From: Alphaproteobacteria bacterium
Lineage (GTDB): Bacteria; Pseudomonadota; Alphaproteobacteria; UBA828
DNA length: 64,000 nucleotides
Assembly (NCBI GenBank): GCA_965221125.1
Contig: CBDCRW010000004.1
Coordinates: forward strand, 704,001-768,000
Reading direction: 5' to 3'
Shown here: in pieces, positions 10,285-20,088 of the stretch
Layout of the letters: each line of letters opens with the position of its first letter
Numbering within the stretch: the first letter of the stretch is position 1
Made by a program: the position numbers and the translations under genes
Notes under the pieces: generated by a model
What the model was told of the DNA's origin: nothing
What the model saw: only the letters and a program-made list of their open reading frames with translations
Databases searched by the model: none

Positions 10285-10541
10285 CGCGCGCGATCCACGG
10301 CGCCCCCGCCGAGGCGCTCAGGCGCGCGCTGGAAGCGCTGTCGCAACTCTCGTTCTGGATCGCCTGGACGGCCGACCCCGATCTGTACCCCGACGCCCCG
10401 GTCAGCACCCGCTGCCTGCGCGATGCCGCAGGCGGTCTTCGCAAGGCCGCCGGTCTCCTCGACGACGCCGCGGAACAGGTCGAGGCACAATACGAACCCG
10501 GCTTCGACATACGCCATCGTGCGCAAGACGGTCGGCCATGA
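10281..10541 (+). CDS. Hypothetical protein (86 aa)
   Basis: ATGA overlap with the VWA gene stop. Confidence 0.5.
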   Translation: MTRAIHGAPAEALRRALEALSQLSFWIAWTADPDLYPDAPVSTRCLRDAAGGLRKAAGLLDDAAEQVEAQYEPGFDIRHRAQDGRP

Positions 10542-10688
10542 TACGGCGCTTCCGGAGCCGGGCGCCCGGGCGGTTCATGCAACGCGGCGACCAACGCCAC
10601 ATCCATCCGGAGCACGTCGCGGCACGTCGCGGCGTGGACATCGGGCCGACCTCAGGCTACATTGTAGCTCAATCAGGAGGATCGACAC

Positions 10689-10946
10689 ATGAGCACCGTC
10701 GTTCGGGCCCGCATCGACGAAAAGACCAAGCAGGAAGCCGCCGCCGTGCTCGACGCGATCGGCCTCACCGTGTCCGACGCCTTCCGCCTGATGATGGTGC
10801 GGATCGCGGCCGAGAAACGCCTGCCGTTCGAGCCCCTGGTGCCGAACGCGGAGACCGTAGCGGCCATGGAGGCCGCGCGGCGGGGCGACCTGGTCACGGT
10901 CGGCGATGTCGACGGCCTGACGGCCGACCTTCATGCGGACGATTAG
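10689..10946 (+). CDS. dinJ: RelB/DinJ family antitoxin
   Basis: VVRARIDE..K.EAAAVL..IGLTVSDAFR...LPFE..VPNAET; AGGAGG RBS. Confidence 0.9.
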   Translation: MSTVVRARIDEKTKQEAAAVLDAIGLTVSDAFRLMMVRIAAEKRLPFEPLVPNAETVAAMEAARRGDLVTVGDVDGLTADLHADD

Positions 10947-11197
10947 ACGGACCGCGGCCTTCAAGCGGGATTACAGGCGCGAGAAGAGGGGCCGCTTCGC
11001 CAGGACCGTCGATGCCGAACTGGCGGAGGCCCGGCCGATCCCGCCGCGCCATCGCAACCACGCGCTTGGCGGGCAATGGAAGGGGGCTTACAAGGAAATG
11101 TCGACGGCGAGGCCATCCGCCGACCGGCCTCTTTCGATGCCTCCATGGCCGTTGCCGTAGAAGCGGGGATGGCTCCATGCCAGGCAAGGGGGTGCCC

Positions 11198-11884
11198 GTG
11201 CAATTCGACATAAATGTGCTCCCCGAGCCGCAGAGACGGCTGTGGGAGGTGCTTGACGGTACGCCGTCGGGCTTCGTTCTTTACGGAGGCACGGCGCTTG
11301 CATTGAGGCTGGGGCATCGTCAGTCCGTCGATTTCGATTTCTTTTCTCGCGACGCCTTCCAGCCCGATGCGCTCCGAAGGAACATTCCCTACTTGAGCGG
11401 AAGCCTGACGATCCGAAGCGAGGAAAACACCTTGTCATGCGTTCTGAACCTGGATGGCGAGGTGATGGTGTCGTTTTTCGGAGGCCTCCGCATGTCCAGC
11501 GTCAACGACCCGGACAAAGCGGACGGATCTGGCATTCTTGTGGCGTCTTTGCCGGATATCGCCGCGACAAAGGCGGCTGCGGTTCAATCGCGCGCCAGCG
11601 CCAAGGACTATATCGACCTGGACGCCCTGCTGCGATCCGGTCTCTCGCTTGAGGAGGCGCTGGGGGCCGCCAATGCCGTATTCGGCCCTGAGTTCAATCC
11701 TCTGGTGACGCTCAAGGCGCTTGCTCATTACGCAGACGGCAATCTGCACCAGGTGCCGAATGAGGTTCGTGAAAACCTGACGAAAGCCGTTGCTGCGGTC
11801 GATGTTCAGAACCTTCCGGTATTCGAGCCGCGCGCACGCCTTTGTCCCGACGAAACAGGAACGGAGCACGACAATGGCTTCTGA
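11198..11884 (+). CDS. AbiEii/AbiGii-family nucleotidyltransferase toxin
   Basis: LYGGTALALRLGHRQSVDFDFF, K...R...KDYIDL. Confidence 0.9.
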   Translation: MQFDINVLPEPQRRLWEVLDGTPSGFVLYGGTALALRLGHRQSVDFDFFSRDAFQPDALRRNIPYLSGSLTIRSEENTLSCVLNLDGEVMVSFFGGLRMSSVNDPDKADGSGILVASLPDIAATKAAAVQSRASAKDYIDLDALLRSGLSLEEALGAANAVFGPEFNPLVTLKALAHYADGNLHQVPNEVRENLTKAVAAVDVQNLPVFEPRARLCPDETGTEHDNGF

Positions 11885-12338
11885 GATTTCGGATGACGCC
11901 CCCGGAACAAGGAAGGCGGCCCCGGACTCCGATCCGGGGAGGCAGACGCTGCTTGAGGTTGCGCGGCGGGTGGTATGGTTCCAACCGCCTCACGAGACGC
12001 TGCGCGACGAGGTCCAGTTCCTGAACCATGTGATGATCTACGGCTCCTCGGAGGATACGGCGACGGTCCGCCGCGCCTATGGCGACGAGGCACTGCGCGA
12101 TGCCTTGCGCAATGCCTGGCCCGGGATCTTCGATCCACGCTCCTGGTCCTACTGGCACACGGTTCTCGGGATGCTGCCCGTGCCCCCGATGCGCGTTCGG
12201 CAGTTCCCCGCGGAGCCGGGGGAAGCGGTTCCCGAGGTGAGCCCGGCCATTCAGGGGCATGGCGGCCCTCCAAGAGGCCGGGGGACCGGGGCGCCGGACC
12301 GAAACATGCCTGCTCCGGCTCCAGGCCCGTCCGACTGA
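11874..12338 (+). CDS. Putative antitoxin partner of the AbiEii-like toxin
   Basis: Overlaps the toxin stop; RRVVWF, VMIYGS, PGIFDPRSWSYW. Confidence 0.7.
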   Translation: MASEISDDAPGTRKAAPDSDPGRQTLLEVARRVVWFQPPHETLRDEVQFLNHVMIYGSSEDTATVRRAYGDEALRDALRNAWPGIFDPRSWSYWHTVLGMLPVPPMRVRQFPAEPGEAVPEVSPAIQGHGGPPRGRGTGAPDRNMPAPAPGPSD

Positions 12339-13255
12339 TCCCCCTTCTTCGCGGAGTACCCGCTCCCGGCACCGTCTTCCGATGAGCGGGGTTTCGTGTT
12401 TGGGCCGTGGCGCCGAACAGGAATTGGCGCCTTGCTGCTGCGCGCTCCCGCGGCAGGGAGGCGCTCCGCCAACCTTTCCTTGCAAGTCCCAATGGAAGAA
12501 CCACCGGGACTGTCACGTCCGGCCCGATCTGGTCCTGATCTACCGCAAGCCCGACGCCGGACATCTCGATCTCGTGCGTCTCGGCTCGCACAGCCAACTC
12601 GGCCTCTGACCGGCCGCGCCTTCCGGACCCCCGCGATCCCCGCCCTCCAATAGTCGGCCGACGCTCCGGTCCACGACCCGAGGCACTTTCCCCAGGGCCG
12701 GCCGCCGCTCATCCGCCGTCGCCCGCGCGCCGTCTTCCACCGTTTCCGATACCGCCGCACCGCACCGTCCGCCGTTTCCGGCGGCGGCGACGGTCGGGCT
12801 GCGCCTCCCGGAGCCGGAGAGCAGCCGGTCGGGGGCGGGCGTGGGCAGGCGGCGAGAGCCGGCTGCGCCGCGCCGGTGCAACCCTCTGTTGTTTTCCGGT
12901 CTAGCCGGATAGAAGCACGGGTTTTTTTCTCACTTTGATTGGTTGGTGGATTTCCCGGGATGGTGGCCGAGTGCGGGAAGGACGCTGCCTGCGGCATTTT
13001 TTTGATCCTCAGCAGAATCCTCATTGCTGTTGAAGCTGTGGAGCGGTGGGCGCGAGATCGGCGAGTGTGGTCAGGCGGTGGGCAAGCGCCAGCTTGTCCA
13101 CGGGCTGTCCACACGGTCCGCAGGACGCCGATCGGTCCGCAGGACGCGTCCACGGCTCCACAGCTTGGCGGCGGCGGGGAGCGTCCGTAATCTTGGCCTC
13201 TCACTGAACGACAAAGAGAGGCCCGGGGGACGGAACTCCCGCCGGGCCAGGGCCG

Positions 13256-13891
13256 GTGCAGCTTCGCTACGAAACGGGGCTCACCAGCGAGGAATACGTT
13301 AAGACCGAGGCGTGGCGCGACGCAAGGCTTGAGCGCTGCCCGAATCACCCGCACGGCGGATGTTCTGTGGCAAGCCACGGCACCTACGAGCGGAAGACCC
13401 CGCCCGGCGCAAGGGTTCCTCGCTGGTATTGCCGTGAGAGCCATACGACCATCGGCCTGCTGGCCGACTGTCTGGCGGCGCGGCTGCCGGGCACGCTCGA
13501 TGCGCTGGAAGCGGTTGTTGTCGTGGCGGAGGAGGCCGGCAGCCTGGAGGAGGCAGCGGACGAGGTGCGCTGCCCCGAGGACGAGGACGCCATCGAGCTT
13601 CCCGGCGCCGTGCGTTGGATCCGCCGCAGGCTGAAGCTTGTGCACGACGCGCTTGTGCGCGTCATCGGCCTGATCCCCGACCTGCTCGCGGGCTGCGCGC
13701 CCACCATGAGCGCGGTGCGCGAGCGTCTGAAGAGCGACAGCGCGTTGATGGAACTGCGCGGCCTGGTCGCCGGGCAGCTCCGGACGCTACCCGCGCCTCT
13801 GGGCTTCCAACCCCACGGCATCGACGTGGGGAATCGCAAACCGCAGTTCCAACAACGGGCGGGGCCGGACCCGCCGCCGGAGAGTTCGTAG
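13256..13891 (+). CDS. Transposon accessory protein with Cys/His zinc-finger (DUF6431-like)
   Basis: CPNH...C...HGTYERK...WYC; first gene of the element. Confidence 0.7.
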   Translation: MQLRYETGLTSEEYVKTEAWRDARLERCPNHPHGGCSVASHGTYERKTPPGARVPRWYCRESHTTIGLLADCLAARLPGTLDALEAVVVVAEEAGSLEEAADEVRCPEDEDAIELPGAVRWIRRRLKLVHDALVRVIGLIPDLLAGCAPTMSAVRERLKSDSALMELRGLVAGQLRTLPAPLGFQPHGIDVGNRKPQFQQRAGPDPPPESS

Positions 13892-13936
13892 CGTGACGAT
13901 CCCGGGGCCAGGGAGTCCCTGAACGAGGATCGCACC

Positions 13937-15265
13937 ATGAACAGCTCAGACGACGACCTTCGCCAACAGATCGCGCTCTTCCGATACGACGTCATCGCCG
14001 ATCTGGTGCATCTGCCCGTGGGTGCACCGGGTGCCGGCGCGATGATGCGCGCCAAAGCCGAGAAGACCTACACGATCCCCGGAACCACCAGGACCCGGGT
14101 CGCCGCCGAGACCATGCGGCGCTGGATCAAGGACTACCGCTACGGCGGCTTCGACGCGCTCTACCCCAAGCCCCGCACCGACCGGGGGAAGCCCCGGCGG
14201 CTGCCGCCCGAGGTCGCCGAGCGCCTCATCGCGCTGAAGACCGAGAACGACGCATTGTCGGTTCGCGCCATCATCCAGAAGGTCAAGGAGGAGGGTATCG
14301 ACCACCCGCTCGCCTCGTCCACCGTGCACCGCCTCTTCAGCCGCGAGGGCCTGTTCGACAAGAAGCCGCCCGACGGGGCGGATCGCCGCCGCTTCGCCTT
14401 CCGGCATGCCGGCGAGATGTGGATGAGCGACGTCATGCACGGACCCAAGGTCCGGCACGGCCGAACCCGGCGCAAGACCTACCTGATCGCCTTCATCGAC
14501 GACGCCACCCGCGTCATCCCGTTCGCCGCCTTCGCCATGGCGGAGAACACTGCGGCGTTCCTGCCGGTGTTCAAGGACGCGCTGATCCGGCGCGGCCTCC
14601 CGGCCCGCTTGTACGTCGACAACGGAAGCGCCTACCGCTCCCGTCATCTCTCCCTGGTCTGCGCCAGGCTCGGCGTTGCGTTGATTCACGCAAGGGCGTT
14701 CCAGCCAGCGGGAAAGGGTAAGATCGAGCGCTTCTTCCGCACCCTCCGGGCCGGCTGGCTCCGCCACCTCGGCGATGACGTCGACAGCCTGGAGGCGCTC
14801 AACCGCAGCCTCTGGGCCTGGATCGAGGGGGAGTATCACAACAGCCCGCATCGTGGCCTCGACGAGGGGCGCACCCCGCTTGAGCAGTGGGCGCTGGCCT
14901 CGGCCGGCGTGCGCTATCCCGACGCCACCATGGACCTCGACGATCTGTTCCTCTTCGAGGCCAGGCGCCGTGTCTACAAGGACCGCACCGTTAGTCTGAA
15001 CGGCCGCGTCTACGAGGTCGACGCCCTCCTGGTGGGTCAGAACGTCATCCTGCGCTACGACCCGGCCGCGCCGCCCTCGCGCCCTCTCGACGTGGTCCAT
15101 GACGGCAAGCCGGCCGGCAAGGCCAGCCCTCTCGACGCCTACGCCAATACCGCCGTCAGGCGCACCTACCCGGCCAGGGAGATCGAGGCCGAAGATCCGG
15201 CGCCCGAGCCTCCGCCCTCGCCGCTGGCCATGCGCAACCTCAAGGACAAGAAGGAGGACGAGTGA
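13937..15265 (+). CDS. DDE transposase (rve core, Mu-like C-terminus, N-terminal HTH)
   Basis: WMSD, FIDDATR, YVDNGSAY, KGKIERFF, YH..PH. Confidence 0.93.
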   Translation: MNSSDDDLRQQIALFRYDVIADLVHLPVGAPGAGAMMRAKAEKTYTIPGTTRTRVAAETMRRWIKDYRYGGFDALYPKPRTDRGKPRRLPPEVAERLIALKTENDALSVRAIIQKVKEEGIDHPLASSTVHRLFSREGLFDKKPPDGADRRRFAFRHAGEMWMSDVMHGPKVRHGRTRRKTYLIAFIDDATRVIPFAAFAMAENTAAFLPVFKDALIRRGLPARLYVDNGSAYRSRHLSLVCARLGVALIHARAFQPAGKGKIERFFRTLRAGWLRHLGDDVDSLEALNRSLWAWIEGEYHNSPHRGLDEGRTPLEQWALASAGVRYPDATMDLDDLFLFEARRRVYKDRTVSLNGRVYEVDALLVGQNVILRYDPAAPPSRPLDVVHDGKPAGKASPLDAYANTAVRRTYPAREIEAEDPAPEPPPSPLAMRNLKDKKEDE

Positions 15266-16065
15266 TGTACCTGCGCCACTTCGCCTTCACCCGCCTGCCC
15301 TTCGAGACCCCGGCAGAGACCGACGAGCTGTTCGAGTCCAACGCGCGCCGCGAGGCCGAGGCCAGGCTCGGCCACCTCATCGACCTGCGCGGCATCGGCC
15401 TGCTCACCGGCGAGGTGGGCTCCGGCAAGACCACCGTGTGCCGGCATCTGACCGCGCAGCTTCATCCAGGCCTCTACCGGGTCCACTACGTCTCGCTGAC
15501 CACGGGCAACGTGCTCGACATGTACAAGGCGATCGCGTGGGAGATCGGCCTGCCCATCGAGCGCTCCCGCGCCTCGGCCTATCAGGCCATCCGAAACGAG
15601 ATCTCCCGCCTCGTCACCGAGGCCAAGCAGCTGCCGGTCCTCGTCATCGACGAGGCCCATCATCTGCGCAACGACGTCCTTGAGGACCTGCGCCTGCTCA
15701 CCAACTTCGCCATGGATGCAGAGCAGCGCCTGTGCCTCGTCCTCGTCGGTCTGACCGAGCTCAGGCGCCGCCTGGCCATGGCCATGCACGAATCCCTCAG
15801 CCAGCGCCTCGTCGTCCGCCACCACCTGAGCGGTCTCGACCGCGACGAGGTCGACGCTTACATCAAGCACCGCCTCAGGCTCGCGGGATGCGAACTGCCG
15901 CTGTTCGAAGAGCCCGCCGTCGAGGCCCTGTTCCAGGGCGCGCGCGGCCTGCCGCGCCAGATCAACCGCATCGCCCACTACGCGCTCTCCGCCGCCGCTC
16001 TCGACGAGGCGAGGACCGTCAGTGCCGACCACCTGCAGCACGCGCTCGAGGAACTGCGGCCATGA
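15262..16065 (+). CDS. ExeA/TnsC-like AAA transposition ATPase
   Basis: GEVGSGKT, VIDEAH, GLPRQIN; coupled to the transposase. Confidence 0.9.
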   Translation: MMYLRHFAFTRLPFETPAETDELFESNARREAEARLGHLIDLRGIGLLTGEVGSGKTTVCRHLTAQLHPGLYRVHYVSLTTGNVLDMYKAIAWEIGLPIERSRASAYQAIRNEISRLVTEAKQLPVLVIDEAHHLRNDVLEDLRLLTNFAMDAEQRLCLVLVGLTELRRRLAMAMHESLSQRLVVRHHLSGLDRDEVDAYIKHRLRLAGCELPLFEEPAVEALFQGARGLPRQINRIAHYALSAAALDEARTVSADHLQHALEELRP

Positions 16066-17102
16066 CCGGCTTCCCGACCCGCGCCCCGATCGAGCTGGAG
16101 GAGCGGCCGCGCGAGCAGCAATGGCTGGTGGACACGCTATGGGGCGAGCAGGCCGTCGGCATCGTCGGCGGCGAGCCGAAGTGCGGCAAGTCCATCCTGG
16201 CGCTGGACCTCGCGGTCGCAGTCGCCGCCGGCGTCCCATGCCTGCGGCACTTCGCCCCGGCCCGGCCTGGCCCGGTCCTGCTGTTCGCCGCAGAAGACGC
16301 CGGCCACCTCGTGCGCAAGCGCCTGCAGGGGATCGCCCGCGCCGCAGGCGCCCGCTTCGAGACCCTCGACATCGCCGTCATCGACGTGCCCACACTGCGC
16401 CTCGACCATCTCGACGACCGCCGCCGCCTGCAGCAGACCGTGGAGCGCATCGCACCGCGCCTCGTGGTCCTCGACCCCCTGGTCCGCCTGCACGGCGTGG
16501 ACGAGAACACGGTTGCGGACGTCGCCCCGATCCTCGGCTTCCTGCGCGACCTGCAACGCCGCTTCGAGACCGCCGTCCTCCTCGTCCACCACGCCCGCAA
16601 GAGCGGGGCCACGAGGCCGGGGCAGGCCCTGCGGGGCAGCAGTGAGCTGCACGCCTGGGGGGACTCGAACCTCTACCTGCGCCGCCGGGACCGGCAGACC
16701 CTCATGACCGTCGAGCATCGCGCCGCACGCGGTCTCGACGACATCGAGATCGAGCTCAAGGAAGACGGAGAGGAGCCCTCCTTCCGGCTGCGCCAGCCGC
16801 CCACGGCCGGCGGCGGGGCGCCTCAGCCCGAAACACCCGAATGCCGCGTTCTCAAGGCGCTCGCCGACGCCGGGGCGCCGCTCTCGCAACGCCAGATCCG
16901 GGAACGCGCCGCGACCCGGCACAAGACCGTCGGCGTAATCTTGCAAAAGCTCGTCCAGGAGGGTCGCGTCGCGCGCAACGCCGAGGGCGGCTACAGCGTC
17001 GTCGCAGGCGCAGCGGACAAGCGGGCGGCGGCCGCCGCCGCCAACGGCAGCAGTCGGCCGCAGGCCCCGCGGTTCCCGGAGCCCGGTTCCGCCAACGCCT
17101 AG
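16062..17102 (+). CDS. RecA-fold AAA_25 (RepA helicase-like) ATPase with C-terminal winged helix
   Basis: GGEPKCGKS, AAED, VLDPL, VHHARK, LRGSS. Confidence 0.85.
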   Translation: MTGFPTRAPIELEERPREQQWLVDTLWGEQAVGIVGGEPKCGKSILALDLAVAVAAGVPCLRHFAPARPGPVLLFAAEDAGHLVRKRLQGIARAAGARFETLDIAVIDVPTLRLDHLDDRRRLQQTVERIAPRLVVLDPLVRLHGVDENTVADVAPILGFLRDLQRRFETAVLLVHHARKSGATRPGQALRGSSELHAWGDSNLYLRRRDRQTLMTVEHRAARGLDDIEIELKEDGEEPSFRLRQPPTAGGGAPQPETPECRVLKALADAGAPLSQRQIRERAATRHKTVGVILQKLVQEGRVARNAEGGYSVVAGAADKRAAAAAANGSSRPQAPRFPEPGSANA

Positions 17103-17507
17103 GGGTTCGAGCCGGAACCGCCGTCGGGAACCACCCTTCCCCAACGGTCCGGAAGGCGCTGCGCCTCCACCGGGATACTACGTCAGGTGAGCGGCCAGTC
17201 CGTGGCCGGAAGCTTGCTTCAGGCCATGGCAGCACTTCGTCGTGTGGACGGTGGCGAGTCACCCGAAGGGCCGAAGCGAAGCGCAGGAGCGGCGCAGCCG
17301 CTTGACGCGCCGACGGCCGCGCGACACCTCGTCAGCTCTCCTCAAGCACCAGTCCAAACCTCAATCAGACAGCGACCCCGGACCGCCCGCAGAGACCATG
17401 AGCTCCTACGCTTCGATCCGGAAAAGACCGAGCAATCTGGGAAATCAGGGCAGCGATCACGTCAAATAATCTGGGAGATTCGGCGTCAAATAACGTGCGA
17501 AACAACA

Positions 17508-18231
17508 CGGGGCCGACCAGGATAGCCACGTTGCGCGCATGCAGGTCCCGGACCTTGGCCGGACACCTCTGCCACGCCGGGTGGTGGGGCTCTGCCGCGG
17601 CCCGGAGCTTCCGCAACTCCTGCGCCTTCAACGCGCGACCCTCGGTCTCGCTCCAGCCGTTGTAGCCGCGCCAGGGTAGGTAAACGGTCCGCCGCTCGGC
17701 GGGCGCGGCGCGGGCGAAGGCATCGTCGGCGCCCTTCGCGCCGCCGGTGCGCAGGAACCAGCCGCGCCCGGCCAGGTTGGTGGCCATATCCCTCATCACG
17801 TTGAGCACGGGTTCGGGCGTCTTGCGCGCGCCGACGCCGGCATAGATCGGCGTCGGCCCGATCGGCGCCTCAATCTTCTCCCCCGGCTGCCAGGTCCTGT
17901 CGGCAGCCAGCCGCGCATGAGCCCACGACGCGGCCTTCGCGAGAATGTCCCCGTGACAAGGCAGCGGATGGCAATGACAGGCCAGGGTCTTTCCGTTCAG
18001 CGCCGCGAGCTCCGCCAGGGGAATCCCGCCGCTCTTCACCTTGCCCCAGAGCCAGTTGCGGTAGCGCTCGATGACCTCCTCGCGATTGCCGTGTCTGCCG
18101 ATCACGAAGGGATTGCCCCAGCGCGTGCGGCGATCGATCCGCACCACATCGCCATGCTCGTTCGTGCCCTCCAGAGCCGCGCGCAGATCGGGCCGGTCCT
18201 TCATGTTGACGACGGTGGCCATGCCGCTCAT
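17508..18231 (-). pseudogene. DUF4326 fused to SLOG/DprA-like domain, 3' end cut by the transposon
   Basis: IDR.TRWGNPF, LACHCHPLPCHGD; YAGVGARKTP, RTGGAKGADDAF; frame runs into the transposon end. Confidence 0.8.
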
Positions 18232-18256
18232 CTCGATATCACCCTTTCCGCCAGCA

Positions 18257-18982
18257 TCACGGCTTGCGGACCACGAGCGGGCAGTTCACCTCTTCTCCGC
18301 TCGCCATCGCTTCCACAGTGCAATCGAAGATCCTGCGGCCGTAATGCTCCCCCACGTGGCCTCGCCAGCCTCCGGTGGGATCGTGAATGGGGATGACTTG
18401 GTAGTGCTGCTCGATCAGCACGCCGAGCACCAGCGCAGCGGGCACGGCGATCCCCGCCGCCGCGACAGACACCCATCGCCGCCCGCGCCGTTCCCTCTCG
18501 ACCCATCGGTGAAAGTCCTCGGTGTGGACCCTGATCCGGTCCTCGATCTGGCCGGCGCGGTTGGCGGCCTTCGGATTGTCCAGCAAGCCCTCGGTCATCC
18601 TCTCCAGCATCGATCGAGAGTCCGCGCCGTCCGCCGCGAGCCCGTCCATCGTGACCAGCAGTTGCTCGATGTTCTGGTTCAACCGCTTGAGGCCTTTCGG
18701 CGGCTCCTCGTCGGAGTCCTCGTCTTCGGGCGTCTCCGGCTCGAACATCTCATCTGTGCCGGGCAGGGCGTCGCCAGACTCCTCTTCCATCTCGGCTTCG
18801 TCGCCGGGTTCCCACTCGACCCCTTCATCCGAAGGGGCGGGCCCGGCTTGATCTCCCGCACTCGTCGTCTCCGGTTGCCTGGCCTCGAACAGCGGTCCGT
18901 CTGCCTGGACCTGCCCGGTAGGCGCTTCTGCAGGCGCACCGGCCTTGGTTTCGTCGTTCGCCGCCACCTTGTCCTCAGTCAT
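18257..18982 (-). CDS. Hypothetical protein, acidic N-terminus and one TM segment
   Basis: GGAGG RBS before MTEDKV; hydrophobic AAAGIAVPAALVLGVLI. Confidence 0.65.
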   Translation of the reverse strand: MTEDKVAANDETKAGAPAEAPTGQVQADGPLFEARQPETTSAGDQAGPAPSDEGVEWEPGDEAEMEEESGDALPGTDEMFEPETPEDEDSDEEPPKGLKRLNQNIEQLLVTMDGLAADGADSRSMLERMTEGLLDNPKAANRAGQIEDRIRVHTEDFHRWVERERRGRRWVSVAAAGIAVPAALVLGVLIEQHYQVIPIHDPTGGWRGHVGEHYGRRIFDCTVEAMASGEEVNCPLVVRKP

Positions 18983-19498
18983 ACGCACCTCCACCGCGGC
19001 CGGCGACCTTCACGCCGCCATGCCGCAGTCCAAGAGCACGAACCCGCAATGCAGCACCGTCGTCAGCCCCCCGGCAGCTCATCGCCGGATGCGGCCTAGC
19101 CGACCCCAAGCCGAGAATTGCAGTACATACGAGAGCGGAATTGCTTCCTGCCAGCATCGCTGCGACGCCTGCTGCGGACTATTCAAGGAGTGCAGCAGAA
19201 CGTGCGAAGATACGACTGTCAACAGGAATAATCGGCTTATATCAATACGTTAGTAACCTCCAGCCATCTCCCGGTACAACCGTGACACTCCATGCACCTC
19301 GCGACCACGAGTAATATTTCTCACCGGAGGGCATTCCTCAGCTCCTTGCACAGTCTCAGACCATTGACCCACCTACCCAAGGCTGCGCACCATTCGATGC
19401 TGACCTATGTTGCTTCCATGAGACAAACCAAGGTCGACGAGCCCATGCTGGCGTTCTGCGGAGCCGAAGCCGCTCCATGCGCCACGGATGAGGCCTGA

Positions 19499-19741
19499 AT
19501 GCCGGTCGTCTTTCGGCATCGAAACGTGCGCTTTCACTTCTTCTCCAACGAAGGAGCGCCCCGAGAGCCTGTTCATATCCACGCGGAGAGCAGTGACGGC
19601 GAGGCGAAATTCTGGTTGTATCCAGAGGTGAGGGTCGCTCGAAGCGCGGGCTACAGCCGGAGGCAACTCTTGGAACTGGCCGAACTGGTCGGCCAACGCC
19701 GGGATCAGATCGAGAGAGCGTGGAATGAGCATTTCGGTTAG
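19499..19741 (+). CDS. DUF4160 family protein (putative TA component)
   Basis: MPVVFR...RFHFFSNE...EPVHIH...EAKFWL...WNEHFG. Confidence 0.85.
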   Translation: MPVVFRHRNVRFHFFSNEGAPREPVHIHAESSDGEAKFWLYPEVRVARSAGYSRRQLLELAELVGQRRDQIERAWNEHFG

Positions 19742-19985
19742 AGCAACGAAGCTCGCCTTCGACCGCGACACGATGTGGGTCGAACTGGACGACGGCAGAT
19801 CGCTCGGCGTACCCTTGGCGTGGTTTCCACGCCTGATGCACGCAACCTCCGAGCAACGGGAGAACTACCGGATCGGCCATTCCGGCAATGGACTGCACTG
19901 GCACGATCTCGACGAGGACATCTCCGTCGAAGGTCTGCTGATGGGGCGGGGAGACGAGACCAGAGCGGGATCGCAGGCAGCCTGA
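19725..19985 (+). CDS. DUF2442 family protein (putative TA partner)
   Basis: VEL.DGR..VPLAWFPRL..AT..QR, GLHW.DLDEDISVEGLL. Confidence 0.88.
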   Translation: MSISVRATKLAFDRDTMWVELDDGRSLGVPLAWFPRLMHATSEQRENYRIGHSGNGLHWHDLDEDISVEGLLMGRGDETRAGSQAA

Positions 19986-20088
19986 CTCCCACACCGGCGA
20001 ACAGGGTCCGCCGTTCTATCCGTCTATACCTTTCCTGCCCGGCCAAATGCGCAAGCTGTCTGGATACTGAAAATAGCTGCGCCTCCTC

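Larger units (their letters stand above)
11083..12490. mobile_element. Non-autonomous transposable cassette with 25-bp imperfect TIRs and 8-bp TSD
   Basis: TSD AATGGAAG at 11075-11082 and 12491-12498; ends GGGGCTTACAAGGAAATGTCGACGG vs GGGACTTGCAAGGAAAGGTTGGCGG (20/25); no transposase inside. Confidence 0.85.
10933..12609 (+). pseudogene. yafQ: YafQ family toxin split by a 1408-bp insertion
   Basis: MRTIRRTAAFKRDY...HALGGQWK (10933-11082) rejoins in frame with NHRDCHVRPDLVLIY...RLGSHSQL (12499-12609). Confidence 0.88.
12887..17507 (+). mobile_element. 4621-bp four-gene DDE transposon, copy 1 (no TSD)
   Basis: Ends TGTTGTTT...AAACAACA; same length and identical ORF translations as 36485-41105; flanks CCCTC and CGGGG do not match. 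Confidence 0.92.

Noticed and set aside
9773-11884. 703-aa ORF in the track
   Set aside because: Upstream part is an off-frame shadow over the VWA, dinJ and yafQ genes; only 11198-11884 is protein-like
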